DNA from: Terriglobia bacterium
GTDB taxonomy: Bacteria; Acidobacteriota; Terriglobia; Terriglobales; Acidobacteriaceae
Assembly (NCBI GenBank): GCA_963799065.1
Contig: CAWCVJ010000003.1
Location: 569,573 to 633,572 of the forward strand
Length of the DNA stretch: 64,000 bases
Direction: 5' to 3'
Below, one piece after another: positions 30,528-40,981 of the stretch; the stretch's first letter is position 1; every line of letters starts with the position of its first letter. The notes beneath the pieces were generated by a model. The model searched no databases. It saw only the letters and a program-made list of their open reading frames with translations, and was not told the DNA's origin. The translations under genes and the position numbers were made by a program.

Positions 30528-30733
30528 TGGCAAAGCCATTGGGGCCGGCCAGCGGCCCACTAACCCTGCGTTTGCGCCCGCTCACTGAACCTGCCGGAAT
30601 CTGAGGCAAAATTCATTGCCCGAAGTCCCGATCTCTGCTAGCCTTTTATAGTTGAAAGAGTGCGCCTAGTGATTATCCTGGTTTGCCCCCACCAGAGTCA
30701 CACCCCGACTAGATAATTTAAGGAGACACGAAT

Positions 30734-31912
30734 TTGTCCACGAAGAACCGCTATCTTTTTACCTCGGAATCTGTGACCGAAGGCCATCCCGATAAGATCG
30801 CCGATCAGATTTCCGACGCGATCCTCGATGCCTGCCTCACCGACGATCCCACCAGCCGCGTGGCTTGCGAGACGTTGACCGCAACTGGCCTGGTCGTTAT
30901 CGCCGGCGAAATCACCACCAAGGCGTATGTGGACTTCCAGAGCCTGGTGCGCGGGACCATTGCCGCGATTGGCTATAACAACGCGCTTTACGGCTTCGAT
31001 TCCAACACGTGCGCGGTGATCTCGAGCATCAACAAGCAGTCCGGCGACATCGCCATGGGCGTGGACACCGGCGGCGCCGGCGACCAGGGCATGATGTTCG
31101 GCTATGCCTGTAACGAGAATGAAGAGTTGATGCCAACGCCGATCTCGCTGGCGCACAAGCTGACCATGCGTCTCTCTGAGGTGCGCAAGAGCGGCAAGCT
31201 GCCTTATTTGCGGCCGGACGGGAAGTCGCAGGTCACGGTTGAGTACGATGCAAACCACAAGCCCGTGCGGATCGACGCCGTCGTCATCTCGACCCAACAC
31301 GCGGAAACGGTCGGCAATGACGAGCTGCGCGCCGACATTCTGAAGCACGTGATTCAAGCCGTGCTACCAGCCCACTTGCTCGATCAAGACACCAAGTACC
31401 ACATCAATCCTACGGGGCGCTTCGTCATCGGCGGTCCCATGGGCGACACCGGATTGACTGGCCGCAAAATCATCGTCGATACCTACGGCGGGATGGGACG
31501 GCATGGCGGCGGAGCATTCAGCGGCAAGGATCCGACAAAAGTCGACCGCTCTGCGGCTTATATGGCGCGTCATATCGCCAAGAACATTGTTGCTGCTGGC
31601 CTGGCGGATCGCTGCGAAGTGCAACTCGCCTATGCGATCGGAGTGGCCGAGCCGGTAAGCGTTTTGGTCGATACTTTCGGTACGGAAAAAGTCGACAAGA
31701 ACATCATTCCCGATCTGGTGCGGAAACACTTCAAGCTCACGCCCAAGGGAATCATTGAATCTCTTAACCTGCGACGGCCGATTTATTGCAAGACGGCGGC
31801 CTACGGTCACTTCGGCCGCAACGATAAAGACTTCACCTGGGAAGCAACCGATAAAGCGTCCAAACTCGCGGCCGATGCTGGAGTCAAGGAGCCGGTCGGA
31901 GCGTCGAAGTAA
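30734..31912 (+). CDS. metK: S-adenosylmethionine synthetase
   Basis: TTG start after [44 protein letters not shown] and [19 protein letters not shown] are present. Confidence 0.95.
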   Translation: MSTKNRYLFTSESVTEGHPDKIADQISDAILDACLTDDPTSRVACETLTATGLVVIAGEITTKAYVDFQSLVRGTIAAIGYNNALYGFDSNTCAVISSINKQSGDIAMGVDTGGAGDQGMMFGYACNENEELMPTPISLAHKLTMRLSEVRKSGKLPYLRPDGKSQVTVEYDANHKPVRIDAVVISTQHAETVGNDELRADILKHVIQAVLPAHLLDQDTKYHINPTGRFVIGGPMGDTGLTGRKIIVDTYGGMGRHGGGAFSGKDPTKVDRSAAYMARHIAKNIVAAGLADRCEVQLAYAIGVAEPVSVLVDTFGTEKVDKNIIPDLVRKHFKLTPKGIIESLNLRRPIYCKTAAYGHFGRNDKDFTWEATDKASKLAADAGVKEPVGASK

Positions 31913-31927
31913 TTGGCATTCCGTAAG

Positions 31928-31959
31928 CTCACCCTGACCCCAAATAAGGTCAGGGTGAG
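31928..31959 (+). terminator. perfect 12-bp hairpin after metK (no clear U-run)
   Basis: CTCACCCTGACC ccaaataa GGTCAGGGTGAG. Confidence 0.4.
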
Positions 31960-32004
31960 TTACCCTAAAGACATTCAACCATTCGTCATAAAACAGAATC
32001 ATAA

Positions 32005-33306
<1,302 letters not shown>

Positions 33307-33330
33307 TTTCTTGGATGTTTGTTGCAAGAG

Positions 33331-33360
33331 GGGACGGCGAGAGCCGTCCCTTTTTTCTTT
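33331..33360 (+). terminator. rho-independent terminator of ahcY
   Basis: GGGACGGC gaga GCCGTCCC followed by TTTTTTCTTT. Confidence 0.7.
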
Positions 33361-33436
33361 GCGGTGATCGTACTGGTCGTAGTCGTTCTCTGATTTAGGC
33401 GAAAAGGCCAAGGGCGGGGGCGCTCGCGCTACACCA

Positions 33437-34138
33437 TCACTCGGCGCGGGATCTGCTTTTCTTGGGTTCGTGACGGAGGCTGCGGCCTTCGACCAAGTGG
33501 AATAGTTCTTCGCCCAGGTTCTTGGCGTGGTCTCCGGCGCGTTCGAAAGCTTGCGCCATGAACATGAGATTGGTGCTGTATTCGCGGCGCTGACGGTCGT
33601 GAGTTTCCAGGTGGCGATGGAAGACGGAGCGGCAGGCGGCATCAATTTCTGAGTCGGCTTGGAGAACCCAAGTGGCGCTGTTGAGATCGCGGTTGGCGAA
33701 TCCGTCGTGAACCGTGGCCAGCATTTTTTCGAGAGTCTGGCACATCAGGACTAGATCGCGGGCGTCTTCGCGCGTGAGTTTTGTATTGAGTCGCTGAAGA
33801 CGTTGAGTCACTGACCAGGTGAGATCGCCGACGCGTTCGAGGTCGATGATGAATTTGAGGCAGGCCAGCAGTTGGCGGGCTTCGGCTTCGCTGACCTGGG
33901 TGATCGCGCTGGTGATCTGTTCATCGACGCGGCGCTCCATGCGATCGAGTTCCTTTTCGCAGTCTTTGACCGCCAGGAAGGCCATGTGCGATGTGTTTTC
34001 GATGTAGTCGCGTAGATTGAATGCGCTGTCCTTGGCGACCAGGCAGGCTTGGAGGACGAGTCCGGTGAGTTCCGCGGTGGATTCGGTGTCGATGCGCCTT
34101 GGTGCTTTCTTCCTGGCGGTTTTCTTTTTCGCGATCAT
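33437..34138 (-). CDS. PhoU domain-containing protein
   Basis: Two PhoU repeats are present (IIDLERVGDLTWSV; AQAFERAGDHAKNLGEEL). The N-terminal tail is Lys-rich. Confidence 0.8.
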   Translation of the reverse strand: MIAKKKTARKKAPRRIDTESTAELTGLVLQACLVAKDSAFNLRDYIENTSHMAFLAVKDCEKELDRMERRVDEQITSAITQVSEAEARQLLACLKFIIDLERVGDLTWSVTQRLQRLNTKLTREDARDLVLMCQTLEKMLATVHDGFANRDLNSATWVLQADSEIDAACRSVFHRHLETHDRQRREYSTNLMFMAQAFERAGDHAKNLGEELFHLVEGRSLRHEPKKSRSRAE

Positions 34139-34159
34139 GAGTGTCTGGGATGCATCGTC

Positions 34160-34211
34160 GAAAATCTATAACACAGCGGGCGCTGAGGTTTCACAGAGGA
34201 GCCACAGAATC
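34160..34211 (+). repeat. interspersed repeat family 3 (CACAGAGG-type), copy
   Basis: GAAAATCTATAACACAGCGGGCGCTGAGGTTTCACAGAGGAGCCACAGAATC. It shares the AAAATCT..AACACAG..GAGGT..TCACAGAGGA frame with 45782-45835. Confidence 0.6.
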
Positions 34212-34249
34212 AGTCAAGAGAGCCTACCCCGAATGATCAAACAGAATTC

Positions 34250-36145
34250 TTAATCTTGTCCGGCTTTGGCGGCGTGGGCTTGATGAGCTGACATTCCATG
34301 ATACCTCTGAAATGCCGCGAGGCCATCTTGTCCCATATAACGGGCGAGCACCGTGGGGTTGCTTTCGCGGAGATCGACCAGGACGAAGCCATCGAGGACA
34401 TTGGAAAAATTGCGATCGACATTGAAACTGATGAGGCGTCCGCCGAGTTTGGCGTAGTGCTTGAGCAGAATGGGGACGCTTTTGCCGTCGCTCTCGACGT
34501 CGGCGATGGGGTCGGAGAGTTCCTGGAGGTCGCTGAGCCCGGCGCAGGCGCTGCGGCAGTCCGCGGATTTAATACCCTTAGGGCGGAAGGGATTGCGGGG
34601 CGTGATCCAGCGGGCAAGGTCAGCGGCACTCCATGCTTCCGCATCGTTGGCCATGGTTTCGCGATTTTGTTCCTGGGCTTCGAAGAAGCGGACAATCAAT
34701 TCGCGTGAGATCCGGTTGTAGCGGCTGCTGATGCTGACTGCGCCGAATAAAATTGCCGGGCCGGGCTTGGAGGCGAGATAGCGGCCGATGCCCTTCCAAA
34801 TCATGAGCAGGGGCGCGAACTGGCGCTGATATTCGAGGCGGATAAAAGAGCGGCCCAATTCAAGGGCGGGGCCAAGGCGCTCGAAAAATTCTGGATCGTA
34901 ACGAAAGAGGGTGCTGGTATAGAGGCCCTCGATGCCGAATCGGGGAAGAATGTCGCGGGTCAGGCCGATACGGTAGGAGCCGGCGATTTCTTGTTTCGGT
35001 TTGCTCCAGAGGAGCAGGTGTTGATAATGGGGATCGAAGCGATCAAGGTCGGAACTCTTCCCTGAACCTTCGCCCACCTCGCGGAATGTGAGCTCTCGCA
35101 GGCGTCCGATCTCTTGCAGCAGGTTGGGAATCTGGCTGGACTCGGCAATGTAGACCTGAAAGTCACGGTTCTGCTCCAGAAGATTCATGGATCCCAGTTC
35201 CGCGACTTCATGGCGCAGCAGCGCGGGGTGGATGGCGTCGACGATGGCTTCTTCTTTTTTCAGGGGCAGAACGGCTTTTAGAACTTCAGGCACTGTGCGG
35301 CGCGAGCGGTGACGCTGCGAAAGGAGGTAAGTGCGCCATCGCAAATAGGTGGCAGCGGACTCATCGTCGCGGGCGCCGCTTACCACTTCCGCGGGCACCG
35401 GGTTGCCGATGCGAACCGTTACTTTCCTGTCCGTCTGGGCGAGGAATTCATTGAGCAGCCAGGTCGTTCGGAGGTTGGGATTTACGAATCCCATGGCTTG
35501 GAAGGTGGCGCTGTTGCGTCCGGCGACGAACGTAGGAACGGTGACAGCGCCGCTGAGGCGCGCCAGACGTGCGACGGCAGGATTCCAGCGCGGATCGGCC
35601 ACAGCCATTTGGGGAAGCTGAATATGAGAGACTTCGCCGGCGGGGAATATGACGAGCAATCCGCCGGATTTTAACCACTCCACGGATTGCTGAAGGGCGC
35701 GGCGGTTGCGTCCCACCGATCCGGAGTGGCCGAAAGGGTCGACGAAGAAGCAGTGGTCGTGCAGCTCGGGAATCTCTGCCAGCAAGAAATTGGTGAGAAT
35801 CTTAACGTCGGGACGCACGCGGCCCAGCAGACAGCCGAGGATGGCACCGTCGAGCAGGCCGAAGGGGTGGTTGGCTGCGACGATAGCGGCTCCGGCCCGC
35901 GGAACACGGGCCAAATCTTCGTCGGATACCCGATACTCAACGCGCATTTCGCGTAGTAAGTTCTCCAGCAAGGGCCGATCTTCTGGATGGCGCGCGCGCA
36001 CGTAAAGCTCCTTCACGCGCTGCATGGGGAGGAAGCGACGCACCATGCGGGGAATGGAAAATGCTTCCAGATCGGCGAGCGACGGGGTCGGAGTCGACCG
36101 CTCCGGCGAATCTAGAATGGGCATATGTATTGTTGTTAGTCCCAT
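34250..36145 (-). CDS. fused PlsC-type acyltransferase + GNAT/OlsB-like N-acyltransferase (OlsF-like aminolipid synthase candidate)
   Basis: The N-terminal half has IVAANHPFGLLDG and FPAGEVS acyltransferase motifs. The C-terminal half (LRELTFREVGEG...ELGRSFIRLEYQRQF) is the hemolysin/OlsB-type GNAT. The start is uncertain (36145, 36124 or 36259). Confidence 0.65.
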   Translation of the reverse strand: MGLTTIHMPILDSPERSTPTPSLADLEAFSIPRMVRRFLPMQRVKELYVRARHPEDRPLLENLLREMRVEYRVSDEDLARVPRAGAAIVAANHPFGLLDGAILGCLLGRVRPDVKILTNFLLAEIPELHDHCFFVDPFGHSGSVGRNRRALQQSVEWLKSGGLLVIFPAGEVSHIQLPQMAVADPRWNPAVARLARLSGAVTVPTFVAGRNSATFQAMGFVNPNLRTTWLLNEFLAQTDRKVTVRIGNPVPAEVVSGARDDESAATYLRWRTYLLSQRHRSRRTVPEVLKAVLPLKKEEAIVDAIHPALLRHEVAELGSMNLLEQNRDFQVYIAESSQIPNLLQEIGRLRELTFREVGEGSGKSSDLDRFDPHYQHLLLWSKPKQEIAGSYRIGLTRDILPRFGIEGLYTSTLFRYDPEFFERLGPALELGRSFIRLEYQRQFAPLLMIWKGIGRYLASKPGPAILFGAVSISSRYNRISRELIVRFFEAQEQNRETMANDAEAWSAADLARWITPRNPFRPKGIKSADCRSACAGLSDLQELSDPIADVESDGKSVPILLKHYAKLGGRLISFNVDRNFSNVLDGFVLVDLRESNPTVLARYMGQDGLAAFQRYHGMSAHQAHAAKAGQD

Positions 36146-36351
36146 AGCGTTTCTAGCGCATGAATGGCAGGTTAAAATTCCGTAACATCTGAGGCTCTTT
36201 AGTAACTGAAGGGTAATGCCTTCCGGGCAGCGAGAAATGACGCGGTGGAGTGTATTCATGGGGTGAGCCAGTGTTTTGAATGGTTCTTTCCCTGATTTCC
36301 ACTTGCCCGCACAGGCCCGATTGCCGATAATCAGGTAGGAGTATCACAACC

Positions 36352-37239
36352 GTGCATCGATACGCCCGAACCGATCTGCTTCGCATTCTTCAGATTACGC
36401 CCCGGCAGTTGGCATCGTGGGAAAAGGCAGGGCTGGTTGCCTCGACTGCGGACTATTCTTTTTTCGATTTGCTGCAAGTGAAGAAAGTGCGGGACTTGTG
36501 CGCCAGGAAAGTCCGGCCTGCGGTGATTCGGCAGTCGCTCGAAGCCATGCAGAAGCAAGTGGCGGGAATGGACAATCCTTTGTTGCAGGCGAGCGCTTAC
36601 ACGTCCGGCCACCGGGTCGCGTTTCGGCATGAAGGCCGATTAGTCGAGCCCATCGCAGGGCAGTTCATGTTCGATTTCGCCGGCAATCAAAGACTGTTGA
36701 GCCGAACGCCGATGGTGGCTGTGCCATCGAAGGTTGACGCGACCACCGCCGCCGAGTTGTTCACGCGCGGGATTGCGCTGGAAGAAGGTTCCAACAACCA
36801 AGCGCAGGCGATTGCGACCTATGAGCAAGTGCTCACAATCGATCCCAAGCATGCCGCGGCGCACATCAATTTAGGCACGCTGCATTACAACCGGCAGGAT
36901 TATGCGCTGGCGGAAGAGCACTATCGTAAAGCGATCGAAGCCGATCCACGCTATGCGCTGGCGCATTTCGATTTGGGTAATGTGCTGGACGAGACGGGGC
37001 GTGTAGCGGAAGCGATTATTACCTACAATACCGCGCTGCAACTTGCGCCGACGTATGCGGATGCGCATTACAACGTCGCGCTGGCCTACGAAAAGATCAA
37101 AGAGCCGCGCAAGGCGCTGCGACACTGGCAGGCTTATTTGCGGCTGGATTCGTCCGGACCATGGGCGACTCATGCGCGGAATCAGGTGAAGCGGATTCTG
37201 CAGGCCGAGGGGATGAAGCTGGTGCCGGGCGGGCGCTAA
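36352..37239 (+). CDS. MerR-type HTH N-terminal domain fused to TPR repeats
   Basis: LLRILQITPRQLASWEKAGLV is HTH-like. At least four TPR units follow (AIATYEQVLTIDPKHAAAHINLG.., AEEHYRKAIEADPRYALAHFDLG.., AIITYNTALQLAPTYADAHYNVA..). Confidence 0.6.
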   Translation: MHRYARTDLLRILQITPRQLASWEKAGLVASTADYSFFDLLQVKKVRDLCARKVRPAVIRQSLEAMQKQVAGMDNPLLQASAYTSGHRVAFRHEGRLVEPIAGQFMFDFAGNQRLLSRTPMVAVPSKVDATTAAELFTRGIALEEGSNNQAQAIATYEQVLTIDPKHAAAHINLGTLHYNRQDYALAEEHYRKAIEADPRYALAHFDLGNVLDETGRVAEAIITYNTALQLAPTYADAHYNVALAYEKIKEPRKALRHWQAYLRLDSSGPWATHARNQVKRILQAEGMKLVPGGR

Positions 37240-37462
37240 TACTCCGATCTCTTCGTGGTGCGGCCGGCAATACCTAGTCCTTCGCTCGCTTCCGTGGGCT
37301 AACGCCGACGGAAGGTCGGTGGGAATTTTCTCTTTGTGCTTGCGCAGGCTGGCGATGCAGCCGGAGATGGCGTCGTTGGCCAATCTCGCGATGTCCCGCC
37401 CATCCGATTCACCCTCCAGTGGTAAAATCTCTAGTTCGCATCTCACACACTAAGGTTGCCGT

Positions 37463-38641
37463 ATGCCTGAGACATTGCTGCAAACGCCTGCTCCTACTCC
37501 GCTGACTTCTCTTACTGAGGACGAGATTCTTTTTCGCGATAACATTCGGCAGTTTGCCGAGGAGAAGGTGCGTCCGCTGGTGAAGGAGATGGACGAGAAG
37601 GGCGTGTTTGAGAAGAGCCTGATCGACCAGTTTTTCCAGCTGGGGTTGATGGGCATTGAGATTCCTGAGGCGTATGGCGGCGGCGGGGCGAAGTTTTTTG
37701 AGGCGATCCTGGCAGTGGAAGAGTTGTCGCGCGTTGACGCGTCCGCGGGCGTCCTGGTCGATGTGCAGAATACGCTAGTTAACAATGCGCTGATGCGCTG
37801 GACGAACGACGAGCAGAAAAAGCGCTACCTGCCGCGCATGGCGGCGGATACTTGCGGAGCGTATGCGTTGAGCGAGGCGGGTTCTGGCTCGGATGCATTC
37901 GCTTTGCAGACCAAGGCCGACCTGAAGGGCAGCGACTACGTGCTCAACGGGCGCAAGCTTTGGATTACGAATGGCAAAGAGGCGGGCATCTTTATTCTAT
38001 TCGCAACGATCGATCCGGGCGCGGGGTACAAGGGCATTACGGCGTTCATTGTCGAAAAAGGCTTTGCGGGATTCACCGTTGGCAAGAAAGAAGACAAGCT
38101 GGGTATTCGTGCTTCGTCGACTTGCGAGTTGATTCTGGAAGATTGTCGCGTGCCCAAGAGCAACGTGCTGGGCGAAGCGGGCAAGGGATACAAGATTGCC
38201 ATCGAGACGCTGAATGAAGGGCGCATCGGCATCGGCGCGCAGATGGTCGGCGTGGCGCGCGGCGCGTGGGAGTATGCGGCGAAGTATGCGCAGGAGCGCA
38301 AGCAGTTTGGCAAGCCGCTGTCCGATTTTCAGGGAATTCAATTTCAGATCGCACAGATGGCGACCGAGATCGAGGCGGCGCGGCTGATGGTCTACAACGC
38401 GGCGCGAATGAAAGATGCGGGCGTGCCGTTTGTGAAAGAAGCGGCAATGACCAAGCTGTTCACTTCGCAAGTGGCGGAGCGGGTGACGTCGCTGGCGATT
38501 GAGATTTATGGCGGGTATGGGTTCACGAAGGATTATCCCGTGGAGAAGTATTGGCGGGATGCGAAGATTGGCAAGATCTACGAAGGCACTTCGAACATGC
38601 AGCTCGCGACCATTGCGAAGCTGGTGATGGGCGGGAAGTAG
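37463..38641 (+). CDS. acyl-CoA dehydrogenase (short/branched-chain type)
   Basis: GAYALSEAGSGSDA, WITNG, QFGKPLSDFQGIQFQIAQM and IYEGTSNMQ are present. Confidence 0.9.
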   Translation: MPETLLQTPAPTPLTSLTEDEILFRDNIRQFAEEKVRPLVKEMDEKGVFEKSLIDQFFQLGLMGIEIPEAYGGGGAKFFEAILAVEELSRVDASAGVLVDVQNTLVNNALMRWTNDEQKKRYLPRMAADTCGAYALSEAGSGSDAFALQTKADLKGSDYVLNGRKLWITNGKEAGIFILFATIDPGAGYKGITAFIVEKGFAGFTVGKKEDKLGIRASSTCELILEDCRVPKSNVLGEAGKGYKIAIETLNEGRIGIGAQMVGVARGAWEYAAKYAQERKQFGKPLSDFQGIQFQIAQMATEIEAARLMVYNAARMKDAGVPFVKEAAMTKLFTSQVAERVTSLAIEIYGGYGFTKDYPVEKYWRDAKIGKIYEGTSNMQLATIAKLVMGGK

Positions 38642-38908
38642 ATTCGCGTTTCAGCTTAGCGCAGGCCAGGTTAGCGCCAAAGTGCGGACGCGAACCTAGG
38701 GCACCTGAATTCGTTGCCTCGTCCGAACGGGCCGTCCACTGCGGCTTTCAGGGTGCAAGTCACGTTGGTAATCCTGCTTGAGTTACCAATATGTGCAGGA
38801 CGTTGCAGCTTCCGGCGCTTGTCTTTTCTAGTCATTCCCACCTAACATCCACTGTTCCAACATCTTGACGAGGATTGAGCTCTTGGTTCGCTAGCTGCAC
38901 TTTAGAGG

Positions 38909-39409
38909 GTGCGCTGGCTAGCGCCATGGAGTGCAACCTTGCAGGACGTAAGCCCAAGCCCCGAACTCTCAGCGACAGGCGTCGCTCCGATCAGCGCTCC
39001 GCCCGTCGCGGCAGCGAAGCGGAAAGCGACCCTCCTACCCGTCCTGGTCGTGCTGTTCCTCTTTTCTTATGGGCTGATGGCGATGCTGATTGTCGAGCAG
39101 GGACGGACGATCGAGTCGCAGCGCGGCCTAATCCAGAACATTTTTCGTGACACCGTCGAACTGACGTCGCTGAAGGGCAAGATTTTCCAGCAGAACCGGG
39201 CGGAAAGTCTTGCTCATGCAGCGCCGCCGAAAGTTCCGACACCGGCGCCGACCGTGCCGGGGCCAGATAAAGCTGAGGCGCCGAGCCCGCTGGCCAACCA
39301 GAGCGATCCGCAGAATAAGGTCGCCTCCGGAAAAAAATTGCGCAAAGAAAAGCCGCCCAACGCGGCCGACGATGAGCCGAACCGGCGGCGCATGAACTTA
39401 GTGATTTGA
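38909..39409 (+). CDS. hypothetical single-pass membrane protein
   Basis: ORF with a TM helix LLPVLVVLFLFSYGLMAMLIV and a Pro/Lys-rich tail. The start is uncertain. Confidence 0.35.
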   Translation: MRWLAPWSATLQDVSPSPELSATGVAPISAPPVAAAKRKATLLPVLVVLFLFSYGLMAMLIVEQGRTIESQRGLIQNIFRDTVELTSLKGKIFQQNRAESLAHAAPPKVPTPAPTVPGPDKAEAPSPLANQSDPQNKVASGKKLRKEKPPNAADDEPNRRRMNLVI

Positions 39410-39448
39410 CCCAATTTAATGACCCTCGTTCCCAAGGATAGGTAGGTT

Positions 39449-39718
39449 ATGCAGACTCTCCCAATTGCGATGTTGATGTTGACGATTTCGTTCGGCGGCG
39501 GGTGGCGCGATGGACGAAGTCCCGTGACTCGCGTAGTCGCGCCAGCCGCATCCGCTGAGCACCAGGCGCGCAAAGGCGGCAAGTGGTACTTCGCCGAGAC
39601 CGGACACGCGGTCTATTGCTACGGTCCGGTAAAGTTCTTACCGCAGGAGCAGGGCGGCATACAGCGCGTAGCGACCGTGTGCCAGGGCGATCAGCCGCTG
39701 GTACCGCTGCGCGACTAG
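39449..39718 (+). CDS. hypothetical small secreted protein
   Basis: ORF with a hydrophobic N-terminus and three Cys residues. No family recognised. Confidence 0.3.
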   Translation: MQTLPIAMLMLTISFGGGWRDGRSPVTRVVAPAASAEHQARKGGKWYFAETGHAVYCYGPVKFLPQEQGGIQRVATVCQGDQPLVPLRD

Positions 39719-39804
39719 GTTATTCGTCAGCGCCGTCGCATCCCATCAACTGAGAATCGCACACGCGTTCGCTTCCCTTCCGATCATCCCTTAGACTGGT
39801 CGTT

Positions 39805-40185
39805 ATGGCGAAGTTTGAGAAGCATATTTTTGTGTGTGGAAATCAACGGCCGCCGGAAAATCCGCGGGGATGTTGCGATCCTGACCAAGACGGCCAACTG
39901 CATCAGGCGTTTAAGAGGACGCTTGCGGGACGCGGCTTGAAGAGCCGGGTGCGAGCCAACAAGGCTGGCTGTTTGGATCAATGCGAACATGGGCCCACGG
40001 TAGTGATCTATCCTGATGAGGTCTGGTATGGAGGCGTCACTCCAGCCGACGTGGAAGAGATCGTCGACTCCCATGTCATAGCGGGTCACCCAGTGGCGCG
40101 GCTACTGCTGGCGCCCGACTGCATCAATACGGCGAGCTGCGAGCATAAGCCCCGCAAGGTTTTTACCAAGCCAACGCAAGATTAA
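39805..40185 (+). CDS. thioredoxin-like [2Fe-2S] ferredoxin
   Basis: KHIFVCGNQRPPENPRGCC...AGCLDQCEHGPTVVIYPDEVWYGGVTPADVEEIV matches the family pattern. Confidence 0.8.
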   Translation: MAKFEKHIFVCGNQRPPENPRGCCDPDQDGQLHQAFKRTLAGRGLKSRVRANKAGCLDQCEHGPTVVIYPDEVWYGGVTPADVEEIVDSHVIAGHPVARLLLAPDCINTASCEHKPRKVFTKPTQD

Positions 40186-40211
40186 GGCTACAATTCGTTT
40201 GAGGGGCTGCC

Positions 40212-40613
40212 GTGAGATTCAATGCCAAGCCGGACTGGCGCAGTAAGTGGCTTAGGCTTTGCGCGGCCATCTTCGCAACGCTGTCACTCTCTCTCTCCGC
40301 CCAGACCGCGGACCAAAAGTCCACAAGCGCATATCGCTCGGCCACGATTATCAGCGTGCGCCAGGTGGCCCGCAACGGATTCCTGGTAAGCCGCTATTCG
40401 TCGGCGCACGTGTTCACCGTCGACTTTACGCTGCGCATGGATGAGCACAGCTACTGCATCGACTATGACACCATCGTGATGCAAGAAGTCGATGACCTAA
40501 GGGCCGCGTATCAAAAAGAGGTGCAGGTGGACATGCAAGGCAAGCGGCTGGTCATCATCCTTCCCAGCGGACGCAAGATCAGAGCGCAATTGGCTGACTC
40601 CACTCAGTGCTAG
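40212..40613 (+). CDS. hypothetical secreted protein
   Basis: GTG start with signal-like WLRLCAAIFATLSLSLSAQ. No family recognised. Confidence 0.4.
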   Translation: MRFNAKPDWRSKWLRLCAAIFATLSLSLSAQTADQKSTSAYRSATIISVRQVARNGFLVSRYSSAHVFTVDFTLRMDEHSYCIDYDTIVMQEVDDLRAAYQKEVQVDMQGKRLVIILPSGRKIRAQLADSTQC

Positions 40614-40637
40614 CGCGCTGCTTTGGGTGTATGAGGA

Positions 40638-40714
<77 letters not shown>

Positions 40715-40981
40715 CTGAGAGCAATTTAGCATGGGTGGGAAGGACCTCGTAGATGTGATTTCCGAGCCCTTCGTATCCCTTGCTTGTCAGAGTGCAATCT
40801 ATGGTTTTATGTATTCCTACAGGGATTTCCCATCCAAAGTAACGTAACCTCTGTAGTCGCGAATCACCAATACGCATATTATTCAATCACTTACGCCCCC
40901 TAGAAAATGGCCACTGCTGTGCATTGTTATGACCGAGTATCGCCGTTGCACCCCAACAATTCTAGGTGGAGACAATAAAAT

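Noticed and set aside
30528-30733. Possible SAM riboswitch upstream of metK.
   Set aside because: I could not find the SAM-I/IV core (AGAGGGA..GGCCC..GCAACC..GGUGCUAA) or SAM-II-like pseudoknot signatures by eye. A covariance-model scan (Rfam SAM families) would be decisive.
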